A DNA stretch of 52,449 nt, taken from positions 1-52,449 of the forward strand of contig DBUA01000035.1 of assembly GCA_002307715.1 (NCBI GenBank), written 5' to 3'. A program made the translations under genes and the position numbers. This document shows positions 8,435-18,047 of the stretch, in pieces (position 1 is the first letter of the stretch; the number at the start of each line of letters is the position of its first letter). The stretch comes from Candidatus Moranbacteria bacterium UBA1302. Lineage in GTDB: Bacteria > Patescibacteriota > Minisyncoccia > Moranbacterales > UBA1568. The notes beneath the pieces are model-generated. The model saw only the letters and a list, made by a program, of their open reading frames with translations. It did no database searches and had not been told where the DNA came from.

Positions 8435-8472
8435 GTCAGCATCCAGAAAATTCTTCTCTTATTGTTCGTATG

Positions 8473-8544
<72 letters not shown>

Positions 8545-8570
8545 GGCAATTTCTTGTACAATCATTCTAG

Positions 8571-8644
8571 TGCGTGCTGAGGGACTCGAACCCCCGACCC
8601 TCTCGGTGTAAACGAGATGCTCTAACCAACTGAGCTAAGCACGC
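8571..8644 (-). tRNA. tRNA-Val (TAC)
   Basis: The reverse complement has acceptor gcgtgct/agcacgc and anticodon loop ttTACac. Confidence 0.9.
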
Positions 8645-8688
8645 TACTCTCGATTTCCGGAAGATCCGTTTCTATCCTATTCATACTG

Positions 8689-8772
8689 TGCCCAGAAGAG
8701 GACTCGAACCTCCAATCCCTTGCGGGAACTAGCACCTCAAGCTAGCGCGTATACCAATTCCGCCATCTGGGC
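8689..8772 (-). tRNA. tRNA-Leu (GAG)
   Basis: The reverse complement has acceptor gcccaga/tctgggc, anticodon loop ttGAGgt and a long variable arm. Confidence 0.9.
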
Positions 8773-8789
8773 AGATGGAGAGGCTTTGA

Positions 8790-9236
8790 TTAAGCCTCTG
8801 ATTTTTCGACGTTTTCTACTACTGTTTCTTCGGTGGCCTGTTCTTCCGTTGTTGTTGGAGCTGATATGAGACCAGCTTTGATGGCGACTTCCTTGAGCTT
8901 TTTACGCAGAACCTTGACGGATTTGGTGCGTACAAAATAAAGTTTGGAACGACGAGCGCGGGTCCGCTTTACGAATTCGATATGATCGATTTGTGGGGAA
9001 GCGAGTGGCATGACGAGTTCTACGCCGACACCGAAAGAAATTTTTCGGACTGTTACTGTTCGAGAAGCGCTTTGGCCGCCTTTAATGGCGATAATGGTGC
9101 CTTGAAAGGCTTGGATGCGCTCTTTTCCACCTTCTTTAATCTTGCGATAAATCTTGATGACATCACCGACCTGAAATTCAGGAGATTGAGCGATTTCGCG
9201 CTGTTTTTGATTGAATGCGATGAGTTTCTGGTGCAT
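8790..9236 (-). CDS. rplS: 50S ribosomal protein L19 with a C-terminal extension
   Basis: The block FQVGDVIKIYRKIKEGGKERIQAFQGTIIAIKGG...TVRKISFGVGVE matches L19. I prefer the ATG at 9236 (MHQKLIAF) over the TTG at 9287. Confidence 0.9.
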   Translation of the reverse strand: MHQKLIAFNQKQREIAQSPEFQVGDVIKIYRKIKEGGKERIQAFQGTIIAIKGGQSASRTVTVRKISFGVGVELVMPLASPQIDHIEFVKRTRARRSKLYFVRTKSVKVLRKKLKEVAIKAGLISAPTTTEEQATEETVVENVEKSEA

Positions 9237-9320
9237 ATGCTTACAACGTTTGCTCCGCCGAATCGTAATCAGGAGGGCACTCGCCAAAATAAGGATAATC
9301 GAAAAGGTAAAAGAAAAAAC

Positions 9321-10346
9321 CTATTCCTTGCTCATGTCTTGGAGCAGGCTTTCTAAGGCTTCACCATCATAACCTGTAATCTTCGTCTCGTCAATACTTT
9401 CGAGCACAGAGCGAAAATCAGCCGGAAGCGGTGAAATGAATGAATATTTTTTTCCAAGAAGTTCGAATTCTAGGCTAAAAGCATGCAGAAGATGTCTCGA
9501 GGATGTTATTGCATGCTGTTTTAGAAGTTTTGACCCTGCATAAAGGGCATCTCCAATGATAGGATGGTCGATATGAGCGAGATGCACTCGTAGTTGATGG
9601 GTTCGCCCTGTTTTTGGTGATAATTCAAGAAGATCAGCATCTTCATATCGTCTGAGCAGGCGATAAAATGTCAATGCGGATCGTCGGATACCGATGCTGG
9701 ATCTTTCTGAGGCTGTTCGTTTGAGAGTCTTGAAAGATCTGGCAAGAGGCAGATCAATAGACCCTTCGGAAGATATGAGATTGCCATAAACAAGTGCCAA
9801 GTAACGTTTTATGATGGAGCGTTCATGGAAAAGTTTTTTTAGAGCATCGTAGCTTTCAATCGTTTTGGCTATAACCATAAGCCCTGAAGTATCTTTGTCG
9901 AGTCGATGAACAATCCCGGGGCGAAGTGGATTTTCGCCCACAGAAAGGATTTTTGGAAAATGAGCGGCGATCCAATGCGCTACGGTCGGAATTGTCAAAG
10001 AAGAAGCAGGATGTACTGCTATGCCGGCTGGTTTATCGATAATGATAAAATGACGGTTTTCAAAGATGATAGGTATTGAAAGATTATCATCAGTTGAAAG
10101 CGAGGGTGTGACACTTTTGAAAGTATGATGAGAAAATGAGACATGGTCACCCGCGGACACTTTCGTACTTGCCTTCGGCATGTGCCCGTTTAGGAGCACT
10201 TGTTTTGTGCGAATGGCTTCTGATAGGGAATTTCGGGAAATATTCTCGTAAGATGGATCTTTGGACAATAGGGAATGCAAAGCGGCATCAAGACGCAAAT
10301 CTTGGTGTTTTCTGGAAAAATGAGCAGTGAAGTATTCTTCAGCCAT
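9321..10346 (-). CDS. rluD: RluA-family 23S rRNA pseudouridine synthase (RluD-like) with an S4 domain
   Basis: It has the HRLDKDTSGLMV catalytic motif and GRTHQLRVH, with an S4-like N-terminal region. Confidence 0.85.
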   Translation of the reverse strand: MAEEYFTAHFSRKHQDLRLDAALHSLLSKDPSYENISRNSLSEAIRTKQVLLNGHMPKASTKVSAGDHVSFSHHTFKSVTPSLSTDDNLSIPIIFENRHFIIIDKPAGIAVHPASSLTIPTVAHWIAAHFPKILSVGENPLRPGIVHRLDKDTSGLMVIAKTIESYDALKKLFHERSIIKRYLALVYGNLISSEGSIDLPLARSFKTLKRTASERSSIGIRRSALTFYRLLRRYEDADLLELSPKTGRTHQLRVHLAHIDHPIIGDALYAGSKLLKQHAITSSRHLLHAFSLEFELLGKKYSFISPLPADFRSVLESIDETKITGYDGEALESLLQDMSKE

Positions 10347-10435
10347 ATTATAAGTATAACAGCCTATCCGTTTACGTATACCATCCCAAAGAGTTTTCGT
10401 CTATAATGTGAGAGTATTCACATAAAATCATATGT

Positions 10436-11449
10436 ATGCGCATCGCATTTTTTGAAGTATCAAAAGGAGATGAGGGTTATCTCAAGAATTGTCTGAAGGA
10501 GCACGAATGTCTCTTTTTTGAGGAGTCGCTTAACGCATCAAATGCGGCTTTGGCGGATGGATGCGATGCTGTATCAGTGTTTATTTATTCGCAAGTCACT
10601 GCTGAAGCGCTTGGACGTATGCCATCGGTGAAATGCATTGCGACACGTTCTACCGGATTTGATCATATTGATACGGAATATTGCCAACAACATGCTATTT
10701 CCGTCGTGAATGTCCCGTATTATGGCGAGAATACAGTGGCTGAACATACGTTTGCTCTGATTCTTTCGTTATCTCGCAATGTGCATAAATCGTATGCTCG
10801 AGGCTTGAAAGGGGATTATTCTATTGATGGGTTGAAAGGTTTCGATCTTAAGGATAAAACGCTGGGCGTTATCGGCACAGGACATATCGGATTGCATGTT
10901 ATTCGTATTGCTAAGGGTTTCGGTATGCATGTGCTGGCGTTTGATGTCAAAAAAGACACTTTCATTTCTGAAGTGCTTCATTTTAAATATGCATCGCTTG
11001 ATGAAGTATTGGCGAATGCCGATATCGTGACGGTACACGTCCCGTACAATGAACATACGCATCATCTTATTGACCGGAATCATATTCGAATGATGAAGAA
11101 AGGAGCCTTGCTCATCAATACGGCACGTGGTGGTATCGTTGAGACAGAAGCGTTGGAAGAGGCGCTTGAAGAAGGGTTTCTTTCCGGAGCAGGTCTGGAT
11201 GTTGTCGAAGGTGAGAATTCTATTAAGGAAGAGAGTCAGCATGTGAATACGAAAAAATGCTGCGATCAAGTAGAAGCTGGACATGTTGAGCGGAATACAC
11301 CGCTTCTGTCGCGTGACAATGTTGTTTTCACTCCACATATCGGTTTTTATAGCGAGGAAGCCATTAAGAGGATCATTGATACGACAGTGGCGAATCTCAT
11401 CGCTTTTTCCTCGGGGAAAATCGAGAATAGGGTCGCTGAACGAGTGTAA
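10436..11449 (+). CDS. D-isomer-specific 2-hydroxyacid dehydrogenase
   Basis: It has the NAD fold GVIGTGHIGLHVIRIAKGFGMHVLAFD, then NTARGGIV and FTPHIGF (catalytic Arg/Glu/His pattern). Confidence 0.85.
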   Translation: MRIAFFEVSKGDEGYLKNCLKEHECLFFEESLNASNAALADGCDAVSVFIYSQVTAEALGRMPSVKCIATRSTGFDHIDTEYCQQHAISVVNVPYYGENTVAEHTFALILSLSRNVHKSYARGLKGDYSIDGLKGFDLKDKTLGVIGTGHIGLHVIRIAKGFGMHVLAFDVKKDTFISEVLHFKYASLDEVLANADIVTVHVPYNEHTHHLIDRNHIRMMKKGALLINTARGGIVETEALEEALEEGFLSGAGLDVVEGENSIKEESQHVNTKKCCDQVEAGHVERNTPLLSRDNVVFTPHIGFYSEEAIKRIIDTTVANLIAFSSGKIENRVAERV

Positions 11450-11473
11450 CTGGAGTCGAGAAATCCGTATCGG

Positions 11474-11499
11474 AAAGCCTGCATAACGCAGGCTTTTTT
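11474..11499 (+). terminator. Rho-independent terminator
   Basis: Hairpin aaagcctgc/gcaggcttt followed by T6. Confidence 0.7.
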
Positions 11500-11615
11500 G
11501 ACACAAGTTTGAAATAGAAGTTGTGTTATTTCTTATCAAATATGCACAATATGTTGTTGAAAAGTTGTTTTTAGTGAAAAAATACGAGCAATTTTTTGGC
11601 TTGGATAGCGGACAG

Positions 11616-11644
11616 TTGACAGTCTTTTTTTGAGCTCTTATGAT
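11616..11644 (+). promoter_or_regulatory. Promoter of the ahpC-sod pair
   Basis: TTGACA (11616-11621), 17 nt, TATGAT (11639-11644). Confidence 0.55.
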
Positions 11645-11689
11645 GAGGGAGCGGTTCGCCGTTTTTAACCCCTATAAGAGAACAAAAAT

Positions 11690-12313
11690 ATGTGTAGTGG
11701 ACACTGTTCGTGCGAAAGCGAAGGATCTTCATTTGATACATATCCGTTGATTGGTGAGATGGTTCCTGATTTTGAGCTTGATATCTATCAAAATGAATCA
11801 TTCGTTACGAAAAATCTTTCGGATTTTAAAGGAAAGTGGTCTATTTTCTTCTTTTACCCGGCTGATTTCACTTTTGTTTGTCCGACAGAACTTGAAGATA
11901 TGGCCGATCAGTATGCAAAGTTCCAGGAACTGGGCGCTGAAGTTTTCTCAGTGAGTACTGATACGCGGTTCGTGCATAAGGCGTGGCACGATCATTCGGA
12001 GGCTATCAAGAAAATCGCTTATCCGATGGTGGCTGATCCAGCGGGAGAATTAGCCCGTTATTTCGGAGTCTATATTCCAGAGGGTGGCGATAAAGGGTTG
12101 GCGCTTCGTGGTACGTTCCTTGTTGACCCGGATGGTGTGTTACAGGCATGCGAGGTTCATGCAAACAATATCGGCCGCAATGCGACAGAGCTTGTTCGTA
12201 AATTGGAAGCGGCTATATTTGTTCGTGAACATGGAGGAGAAGTATGTCCAGCGAAATGGCATCCTGGAGCAAAAACACTTAAGCCAGGCATTGATTTGGT
12301 TGGAAAAATCTGA
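11690..12313 (+). CDS. ahpC: Typical 2-Cys peroxiredoxin (AhpC/Prx1) with a Cys-rich N-terminal extension
   Basis: [16 protein letters not shown] carries the peroxidatic Cys and GEVCPAKW the resolving Cys. The first 18 aa are [18 protein letters not shown]. Confidence 0.9.
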   Translation: MCSGHCSCESEGSSFDTYPLIGEMVPDFELDIYQNESFVTKNLSDFKGKWSIFFFYPADFTFVCPTELEDMADQYAKFQELGAEVFSVSTDTRFVHKAWHDHSEAIKKIAYPMVADPAGELARYFGVYIPEGGDKGLALRGTFLVDPDGVLQACEVHANNIGRNATELVRKLEAAIFVREHGGEVCPAKWHPGAKTLKPGIDLVGKI

Positions 12314-12326
12314 GATTACGCATTAT

Positions 12327-12902
12327 ATGATAGAAGAATACGTAAAACAGGATTATTCGCATCTTCTCGGACTTTCGGGGTTTTCGGATGTTCTTTTAAC
12401 GGACCACTTCTCCTTGTATGACGGATATGTGAAGAATACAAACGCTCTTTCTGAACTTTTAAGATCAGAAGAGCCGGGAACGCCGAAATATTCTGAAATT
12501 GAGCGTCGTTTCGGTTGGGAATGGAATGGCATGAGACTTCACGAATTGTATTTTGGTAACCTCTCAAAAGAACATAAGGAACTTGGGGCGGGGCCATTAC
12601 GGGAGGCAATAGAACAGTCATTCGGTAGTTTTGATGCATGGAAACTCGCGTTTTCGTCCATCGGGTTGATGCGTGGAATCGGTTGGGTAGTGTTATATCA
12701 GGATGTCTCAAGCCATCGATTGATTATCTCATGGATCAATGAGCATGATGGCGGCCATTTGGCTGGCGCGGTACCGCTGCTTGTTATGGATGTTTTCGAA
12801 CATGCGTATTTGCGCGATTATGGCTTCAAGCGCGTTGATTATATAGGATCATTCTTTGAGAATATCTATTGGAAAGCAGTGGAAGCCCGTTTTATAGCAT
12901 AG
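12327..12902 (+). CDS. Fe/Mn superoxide dismutase family protein (divergent N-terminal half)
   Basis: The C-terminal VMDVFEHAYLRDYG matches the D-x-W-E-H-A-Y-Y ligand motif, and candidate ligand His residues occur in DHFSLY and LHELYF. The ATG at 12327 removes the overlap with ahpC. Confidence 0.8.
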   Translation: MIEEYVKQDYSHLLGLSGFSDVLLTDHFSLYDGYVKNTNALSELLRSEEPGTPKYSEIERRFGWEWNGMRLHELYFGNLSKEHKELGAGPLREAIEQSFGSFDAWKLAFSSIGLMRGIGWVVLYQDVSSHRLIISWINEHDGGHLAGAVPLLVMDVFEHAYLRDYGFKRVDYIGSFFENIYWKAVEARFIA

Positions 12903-13018
12903 TTTTGATAGACTGGCCTCTGCATGAATTGATGGTCAGAAAATAAAAAAAGAAAAACTCACAAGGAGGGGTGGGTGTGTTCTTGTCTCGCTCTAACATA
13001 TTATTCGAAGGTATTGTT

Positions 13019-15634
13019 ATGACATTTACTCACGTAAAACGGAGAGATGGAGAGATAGTCGAGTTTGATCGGTCTCGTATTGAACAGGCTATTTCGGCGG
13101 CATGTGATGCAGTGGCTGAAACGGAAAAAACATTCATCAGCCAGATGACTGATAGCATTGTCCACGATTTGAACCATGCGTATGAGAATAAAGAAGGTGA
13201 ACACATCCCATCAGTTGAAATTATCCAGGATTGTGTAGAGAAACATCTCGTAAAATCGAATAAGTACGAGGTGGCGAAGGCATATATCCTGTATCGTGAG
13301 AAGCGTGCCGAAGAACGCAAAGAACGCAAAGAAAAACTGGTTGAACAGTTTGAAAATCAGGCGCTTAACGTTATCAAAGCTAATGGGTCGAAGGAGCTGT
13401 TTGATGTCAAGAAAATCAAGGCTGTGTTTGAACGTGCTGTTGTTGGATATGAGGATACCTGTTCGTTTGATGAATTGATTGAAGCATTCAAAAAGAATAT
13501 CGTTGATGAGATAAAGACCGCTGATATCAATCGTCTTCTTGTAAAGACATGCATCGATCTCGTAACGGTCGAAAATATCCTATGGCAGAATATCGGTGCT
13601 CGTATTTTTCTTGGTAATATCTATAAGCATGCTTGCCGTAACCGTTCCATGGCGTATGCTGATATTTACACTCCAGAAGCATACCTTGCGTTCTTCAAAC
13701 AGTATATCGAGGAAGGATTATATTATAAAGATTTTTTCAAGTATTACAGCGAAGCTGATATTCTTGAAGCCGGAAAGCATCTTTCGTCTGAGACGGATTT
13801 CAATTATGAGTATACGACCGTAGTATCTTTTACGAAACGATATCTTCTGAATCCGAATAAGGTGATACGTGAATTGCCTCAGGAAATGTATATGTCGGTC
13901 GCGCTTTTTCTCGCTATTCCAGAGAAGGAGGGGGAGAGGCTTAAGCTAGCTTTGGAGATCTACGAACATTGTTCGAAGCAGCGTATTTCATTGCCGACGC
14001 CGACATTGCTCAATGCTCGGACGAATTATAATCAGCTGTCGAGCTGTTTCAAGATCAATGTTGACGATGATTTGCGCGCTATTTATCATGCTATCGAAAA
14101 TATGGCGCAGATTTCGAAATTCGGCGGCGGCGTTGGTGTCTATCTCGGTAATATACGTGCGCTTGGTAGTTCTATCCGCGGGGTGTTCGGTATGTCTGGA
14201 GGGGTTAATCCATGGATCAAAGTCATCAACGATACAGCCGTAGCAGTGAATCAGCTTGGTTCGCGTTTGGGTGCTATTTCGGTGACATTGGATGCCTGGC
14301 ATCACGATATTTATGATTTTCTCGATCTTCAGACTGAAACCGGCGATATCCGATCCAAGGCATTTGATATTTTTCCGGCTATTTCTGTCCCTGATCTTTT
14401 CATGAAGCGTCTTGAACAGGACGGGACGGTAACGCTGTTCGATCCGCATGAAATTCATGATTTGTATGGTAAGCGCCTTCAGGATTGCTTCGGCGATGAA
14501 TTCGAGGCCTTTTATATAGAGCTTGAGCAAGATGAGCGTATCCGTCTCAAGAAAACGATTCGTGTCAAAGAATTCTTCAAGAAATTCTTAAAGACGGTAG
14601 TGGAAACTGGTATGCCGTATGTCTTTTTTCGTGACACGGTGAATCGGTTGAATCCGAATCGTCATGCTGGGAATATTTATTCGACCCAGTTGTGTACTGA
14701 AATCTGTCAGAATACTTCCTCGTCAAAGTTTTTGGAGGAGTCTATCGAAGATGGCAAAGTAACAATCAAGTATGAGCCTGGCGATCTTGTCGTTTGCAAC
14801 CTGGCATCGATCAATGTCGCTACTGTCCATGATCGTGAAATGATGGAACGCGTTTTTCCGGTCGTAATGCGCCTTCTTGATAATATCATAACGCTCAATT
14901 ACTATCCGATCAAGGAAGCTGAACGGACGGCTATGCGTTATCGTAGCGTCGGTCTGGGATATCTCGGATTGGCTGAGTATTTGGCAGTCAATCACCTTGC
15001 CTATGATAGCGAAGAGGCTCGGAAAAAAGTCGATGAATTGTTCGCGTTGTATGCATATTATACCTATCGTTCATCGGTAGATATCGCACGCGAACGAGGC
15101 GCATATGAATTGTATAAGGGAAGCGATTATGATAAAGGTTTCATATTAGGCCGTCAAGCGGAATGGTTTAGCCAGTATACGGACGATGGCGATCTTTGGA
15201 AATCGTTGTTTGAAGACATGGCTCAATATGGAGTCAGATTCGCTTACCATACGGCTCCGGCACCGAATACATCAACAGCCGGAGTTGTCGGAACGACTGC
15301 GGCACTTCTTCCGATCTACAAGAAATTTTTTGTGGAAACGAACCTATCGGCTCCGACTATCCGGGTAGCCCCGAAACTTTCGAAAGACAACTTCTGGTAT
15401 TACAAGGAGTATGTCAATATGGATATGAACGACGTGATCGATATGATGGCTGTCATTTACAAGTGGATTGATCAGTCGGTTTCTTTCGAATGGATGATTG
15501 ATCCGGCACGCGTCAGTCCTGTGCAGCTCTATGAGTATTATTTGAAATCTTGGAAACAGGGCATCAAGACAGTTTATTATGTCAGAAGTCTTTCAGGAGA
15601 AGTGAAGGATGGTTGCGTGAGTTGTAGCGGTTAG
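13019..15634 (+). CDS. nrdA: Class Ia ribonucleotide reductase alpha subunit with ATP-cone
   Basis: It has the ATP-cone MTFTHVKRRDGEIVEFDRSRIEQAI, a catalytic-core block (NLCTEI-like STQLCTEICQ) and the C-terminal Cys pair GCVSCSG. Alternative GTG starts at 12971 and 12977 follow a strong AAGGAGG. Confidence 0.9.
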   Translation: MTFTHVKRRDGEIVEFDRSRIEQAISAACDAVAETEKTFISQMTDSIVHDLNHAYENKEGEHIPSVEIIQDCVEKHLVKSNKYEVAKAYILYREKRAEERKERKEKLVEQFENQALNVIKANGSKELFDVKKIKAVFERAVVGYEDTCSFDELIEAFKKNIVDEIKTADINRLLVKTCIDLVTVENILWQNIGARIFLGNIYKHACRNRSMAYADIYTPEAYLAFFKQYIEEGLYYKDFFKYYSEADILEAGKHLSSETDFNYEYTTVVSFTKRYLLNPNKVIRELPQEMYMSVALFLAIPEKEGERLKLALEIYEHCSKQRISLPTPTLLNARTNYNQLSSCFKINVDDDLRAIYHAIENMAQISKFGGGVGVYLGNIRALGSSIRGVFGMSGGVNPWIKVINDTAVAVNQLGSRLGAISVTLDAWHHDIYDFLDLQTETGDIRSKAFDIFPAISVPDLFMKRLEQDGTVTLFDPHEIHDLYGKRLQDCFGDEFEAFYIELEQDERIRLKKTIRVKEFFKKFLKTVVETGMPYVFFRDTVNRLNPNRHAGNIYSTQLCTEICQNTSSSKFLEESIEDGKVTIKYEPGDLVVCNLASINVATVHDREMMERVFPVVMRLLDNIITLNYYPIKEAERTAMRYRSVGLGYLGLAEYLAVNHLAYDSEEARKKVDELFALYAYYTYRSSVDIARERGAYELYKGSDYDKGFILGRQAEWFSQYTDDGDLWKSLFEDMAQYGVRFAYHTAPAPNTSTAGVVGTTAALLPIYKKFFVETNLSAPTIRVAPKLSKDNFWYYKEYVNMDMNDVIDMMAVIYKWIDQSVSFEWMIDPARVSPVQLYEYYLKSWKQGIKTVYYVRSLSGEVKDGCVSCSG

Positions 15635-15661
15635 GCTTGCAAGAGAAGGAGCGATTCGGAC

Positions 15662-16711
15662 ATGTCTAATGAGAAATTTATGGAACAGAATGCTATTTTT
15701 AATCCGCTCGGTAATGACGATGTCGAGGTGCGTACCATTATCAAGGGCGGGACAACGGGACTTTTCAACTTGAATGCTACGAAGTATCCTTGGGCGAAGT
15801 CGCTCTATCAGGTGATGATTGGAAATTTCTGGGTTCCGGAAAAAGTATCCGGGCTTAAGGATGATGCGCGCACATTCCATTCGGATCTGACAGCTGAAGA
15901 GCAGACGGCGTATAAAGGCATACTGTCATTTCTGATATTTCTTGATTCCATCCAGACGGTCAATTTGCCGCATTTCGCTGATTATGTCACTTCTCCGGAA
16001 GTCAATCTCATCTTGTCTATACAGGCGTATCAGGAAGCGATCCATTCGCAATCGTATGCGACGATACTTGAGTCTGTTGTGGATAGCGAAGAACGCAATG
16101 AGATCTACTATTTCTGGCGTAATGACAAGACGCTCCTTGAGCGCAACAAGTATATCGGGCAGATTTACCAGAACTTCATTGATGATCCATCGGATGAGAA
16201 CTTTTTCCGCGGAGTCGTAGCGAACTTTCTTCTCGAATCGATTTATTTTTATAACGGTTTCGCATTCTTCGATACGTTGGTTGACCATATGAAGATGTTG
16301 GCGACCGGACGGATGATCTCGTATATTCGTCGTGATGAATTGACGCATATCACTATTTTTTCGAACCTTATTCGTGAAATCAGGCGTGAGTTCCCGGATA
16401 TATATGATGAACAGGTGGTGAAAGATATGATGGATGTGGCAGTTCAGCAAGAAATCGAGTGGTCTAAGCACATCTTAGGCGATCGTATTCCTGGCATTAA
16501 TGGTAGGACAACGGAAGAGTACACTCATTGGTTGGCGAATCAACGTCTTGGTATGCTCAATATCGCACCATTGTATCCGGAGGCCGTAGAGAATCCGTAT
16601 AAGCATCTGGAACGTATTCAAGATACGAATAGTGATAAAAGTAATTTCTTCGAATCGACCGTAGTGAATTATACTCAATCCTCGAATCTTAATGGTAGTT
16701 GGGATTTCTGA
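15662..16711 (+). CDS. nrdB: Class I ribonucleotide reductase beta subunit
   Basis: Di-iron ligand blocks are FLDSIQ, QAYQEAIHSQSY, ESIYFYNGF and RDELTH. The acidic/aromatic C-terminal tail ends ...GSWDF. Confidence 0.9.
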   Translation: MSNEKFMEQNAIFNPLGNDDVEVRTIIKGGTTGLFNLNATKYPWAKSLYQVMIGNFWVPEKVSGLKDDARTFHSDLTAEEQTAYKGILSFLIFLDSIQTVNLPHFADYVTSPEVNLILSIQAYQEAIHSQSYATILESVVDSEERNEIYYFWRNDKTLLERNKYIGQIYQNFIDDPSDENFFRGVVANFLLESIYFYNGFAFFDTLVDHMKMLATGRMISYIRRDELTHITIFSNLIREIRREFPDIYDEQVVKDMMDVAVQQEIEWSKHILGDRIPGINGRTTEEYTHWLANQRLGMLNIAPLYPEAVENPYKHLERIQDTNSDKSNFFESTVVNYTQSSNLNGSWDF

Positions 16712-16780
16712 AAGAAGATTGAAGAGAAGAGCTCCGATCCGCTGACGGAGCTTTTTTCGTATGCGTAATGGTATGGTATA

Positions 16781-18019
16781 ATGTATAAAAAGCTTTCTTG
16801 TTATCATATGTGCAAAAATAAAGTAGCTCTTATCGTTCGAGCATCTCTTTTCGTTATTATATTTTGCATGGCAGCGCCATCGGCATCGGCAGTTGATCCT
16901 GGGGGAACGTGTAGCGTGAATGTTTCAACCAAGTCGTATACTGGGACATGCCGTTCTACGGCGAGCGGCTGCGAAAGCGGAGAATACAATCCGGGTATCG
17001 GGGATTGTACTGTTACAGGGGGCGTGGCTTATGTATGTTGCATCCCGAAGACGCAGACGGAAAGTACGAGTTGTACAGCGCTCAATGGAACATGCACTAC
17101 GGCGTCCTGTGCGAATGTCGTAGAAAATGCGACATCTGGATGTGTTTTTGGCGGTACAACCAATGAAGTCTGTTGCGCGAATGATTCCTCGACTGCATCA
17201 ACCAGCTCAGCCAGCAGTTCATCAGGCTATACATTGCTTGAGAAGGTTCCTGGAACGAGCGGTCTCGGAAGTGATCTTCCGGGGTATTTGGTCGCTCTTT
17301 ATAAGGTTGCGCTTGTTTTGGTGGTGCTTTCGGCAGTGCTGATGGTTTCCATCGGTGGTTTCATGTATTTGACGAGCGCAGGCAATACGTCATCTATCGG
17401 AACGGCAAAAGCTGTGATTACGGATGCTTTGGTCGGCCTCGTTATCGCGCTTGTCGCCTGGCTTATTCTGAATGTCATCAATCCTGATCTTACAACCGTG
17501 ACAATCGATACGCTTTCGGTGGACGTGTCGACATCGACAAGCTCTGCTGCTTCTTCGAGCACGGCCGATACATCATCAGCAAGCTCAACTGCCTCTACCG
17601 GTTCCGGCAGTTGCGGTGGGTATTCGGTGAATGGTATATCAAGCAGCCAATGCACTGATGCTTCGTCGGCACTTTCGACGCTTCTTGCGTGTATGTATGC
17701 GAAATATCCGAATACGAAGATTACGAGTATTTCCGATAGCGCGGGTTTCTCTACTTGTAAGAATAGTTATTCAAGCGCTTGCGCTCATGCTAAGACGTCA
17801 TGCCATTATGGCGGAGGTGCGTCAAAGACGAGTTCGGAATGTCAGAGTTCGATGGCAGCTGATTTCTCGATTCGTAATTCAAGCGGTACGTATGATTCTT
17901 CCATAGGAACTGCCATTAAAGCAGCAGCTTCTGCTTGTGGTGGTCGAGTAAATGATGAATCAAGCGGTGGACATCCGCATATCCATGTAAGTGCGCAGAC
18001 GAGCTGCTGTTCGCTTTAA
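16781..18019 (+). CDS. Secreted Cys-rich protein with T4SS-pilin-like double-TM core and Cys-rich C-terminal HxH domain
   Basis: It has a signal peptide and two Cys modules, each ending VCC. The double-TM block is LVALYKVALVLVVLSAVLMVSIGGFMYLTSAGN...ALVGLVIALVAWLILNVINPDL. S/T linkers follow, and the C-terminus carries SCHYGGGAS...GGHPHIHVS. Confidence 0.75.
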   Translation: MYKKLSCYHMCKNKVALIVRASLFVIIFCMAAPSASAVDPGGTCSVNVSTKSYTGTCRSTASGCESGEYNPGIGDCTVTGGVAYVCCIPKTQTESTSCTALNGTCTTASCANVVENATSGCVFGGTTNEVCCANDSSTASTSSASSSSGYTLLEKVPGTSGLGSDLPGYLVALYKVALVLVVLSAVLMVSIGGFMYLTSAGNTSSIGTAKAVITDALVGLVIALVAWLILNVINPDLTTVTIDTLSVDVSTSTSSAASSSTADTSSASSTASTGSGSCGGYSVNGISSSQCTDASSALSTLLACMYAKYPNTKITSISDSAGFSTCKNSYSSACAHAKTSCHYGGGASKTSSECQSSMAADFSIRNSSGTYDSSIGTAIKAAASACGGRVNDESSGGHPHIHVSAQTSCCSL

Positions 18020-18047
18020 TAGATTCTTGTTTTCCAAGATTACAGCC

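Noticed and set aside
12084-12326. N-terminal 81 codons of the 272-aa ORF preceding the SOD domain
   Set aside because: It overlaps the 3' end of ahpC in another frame. SOD-like sequence begins only after the ATG at 12327.
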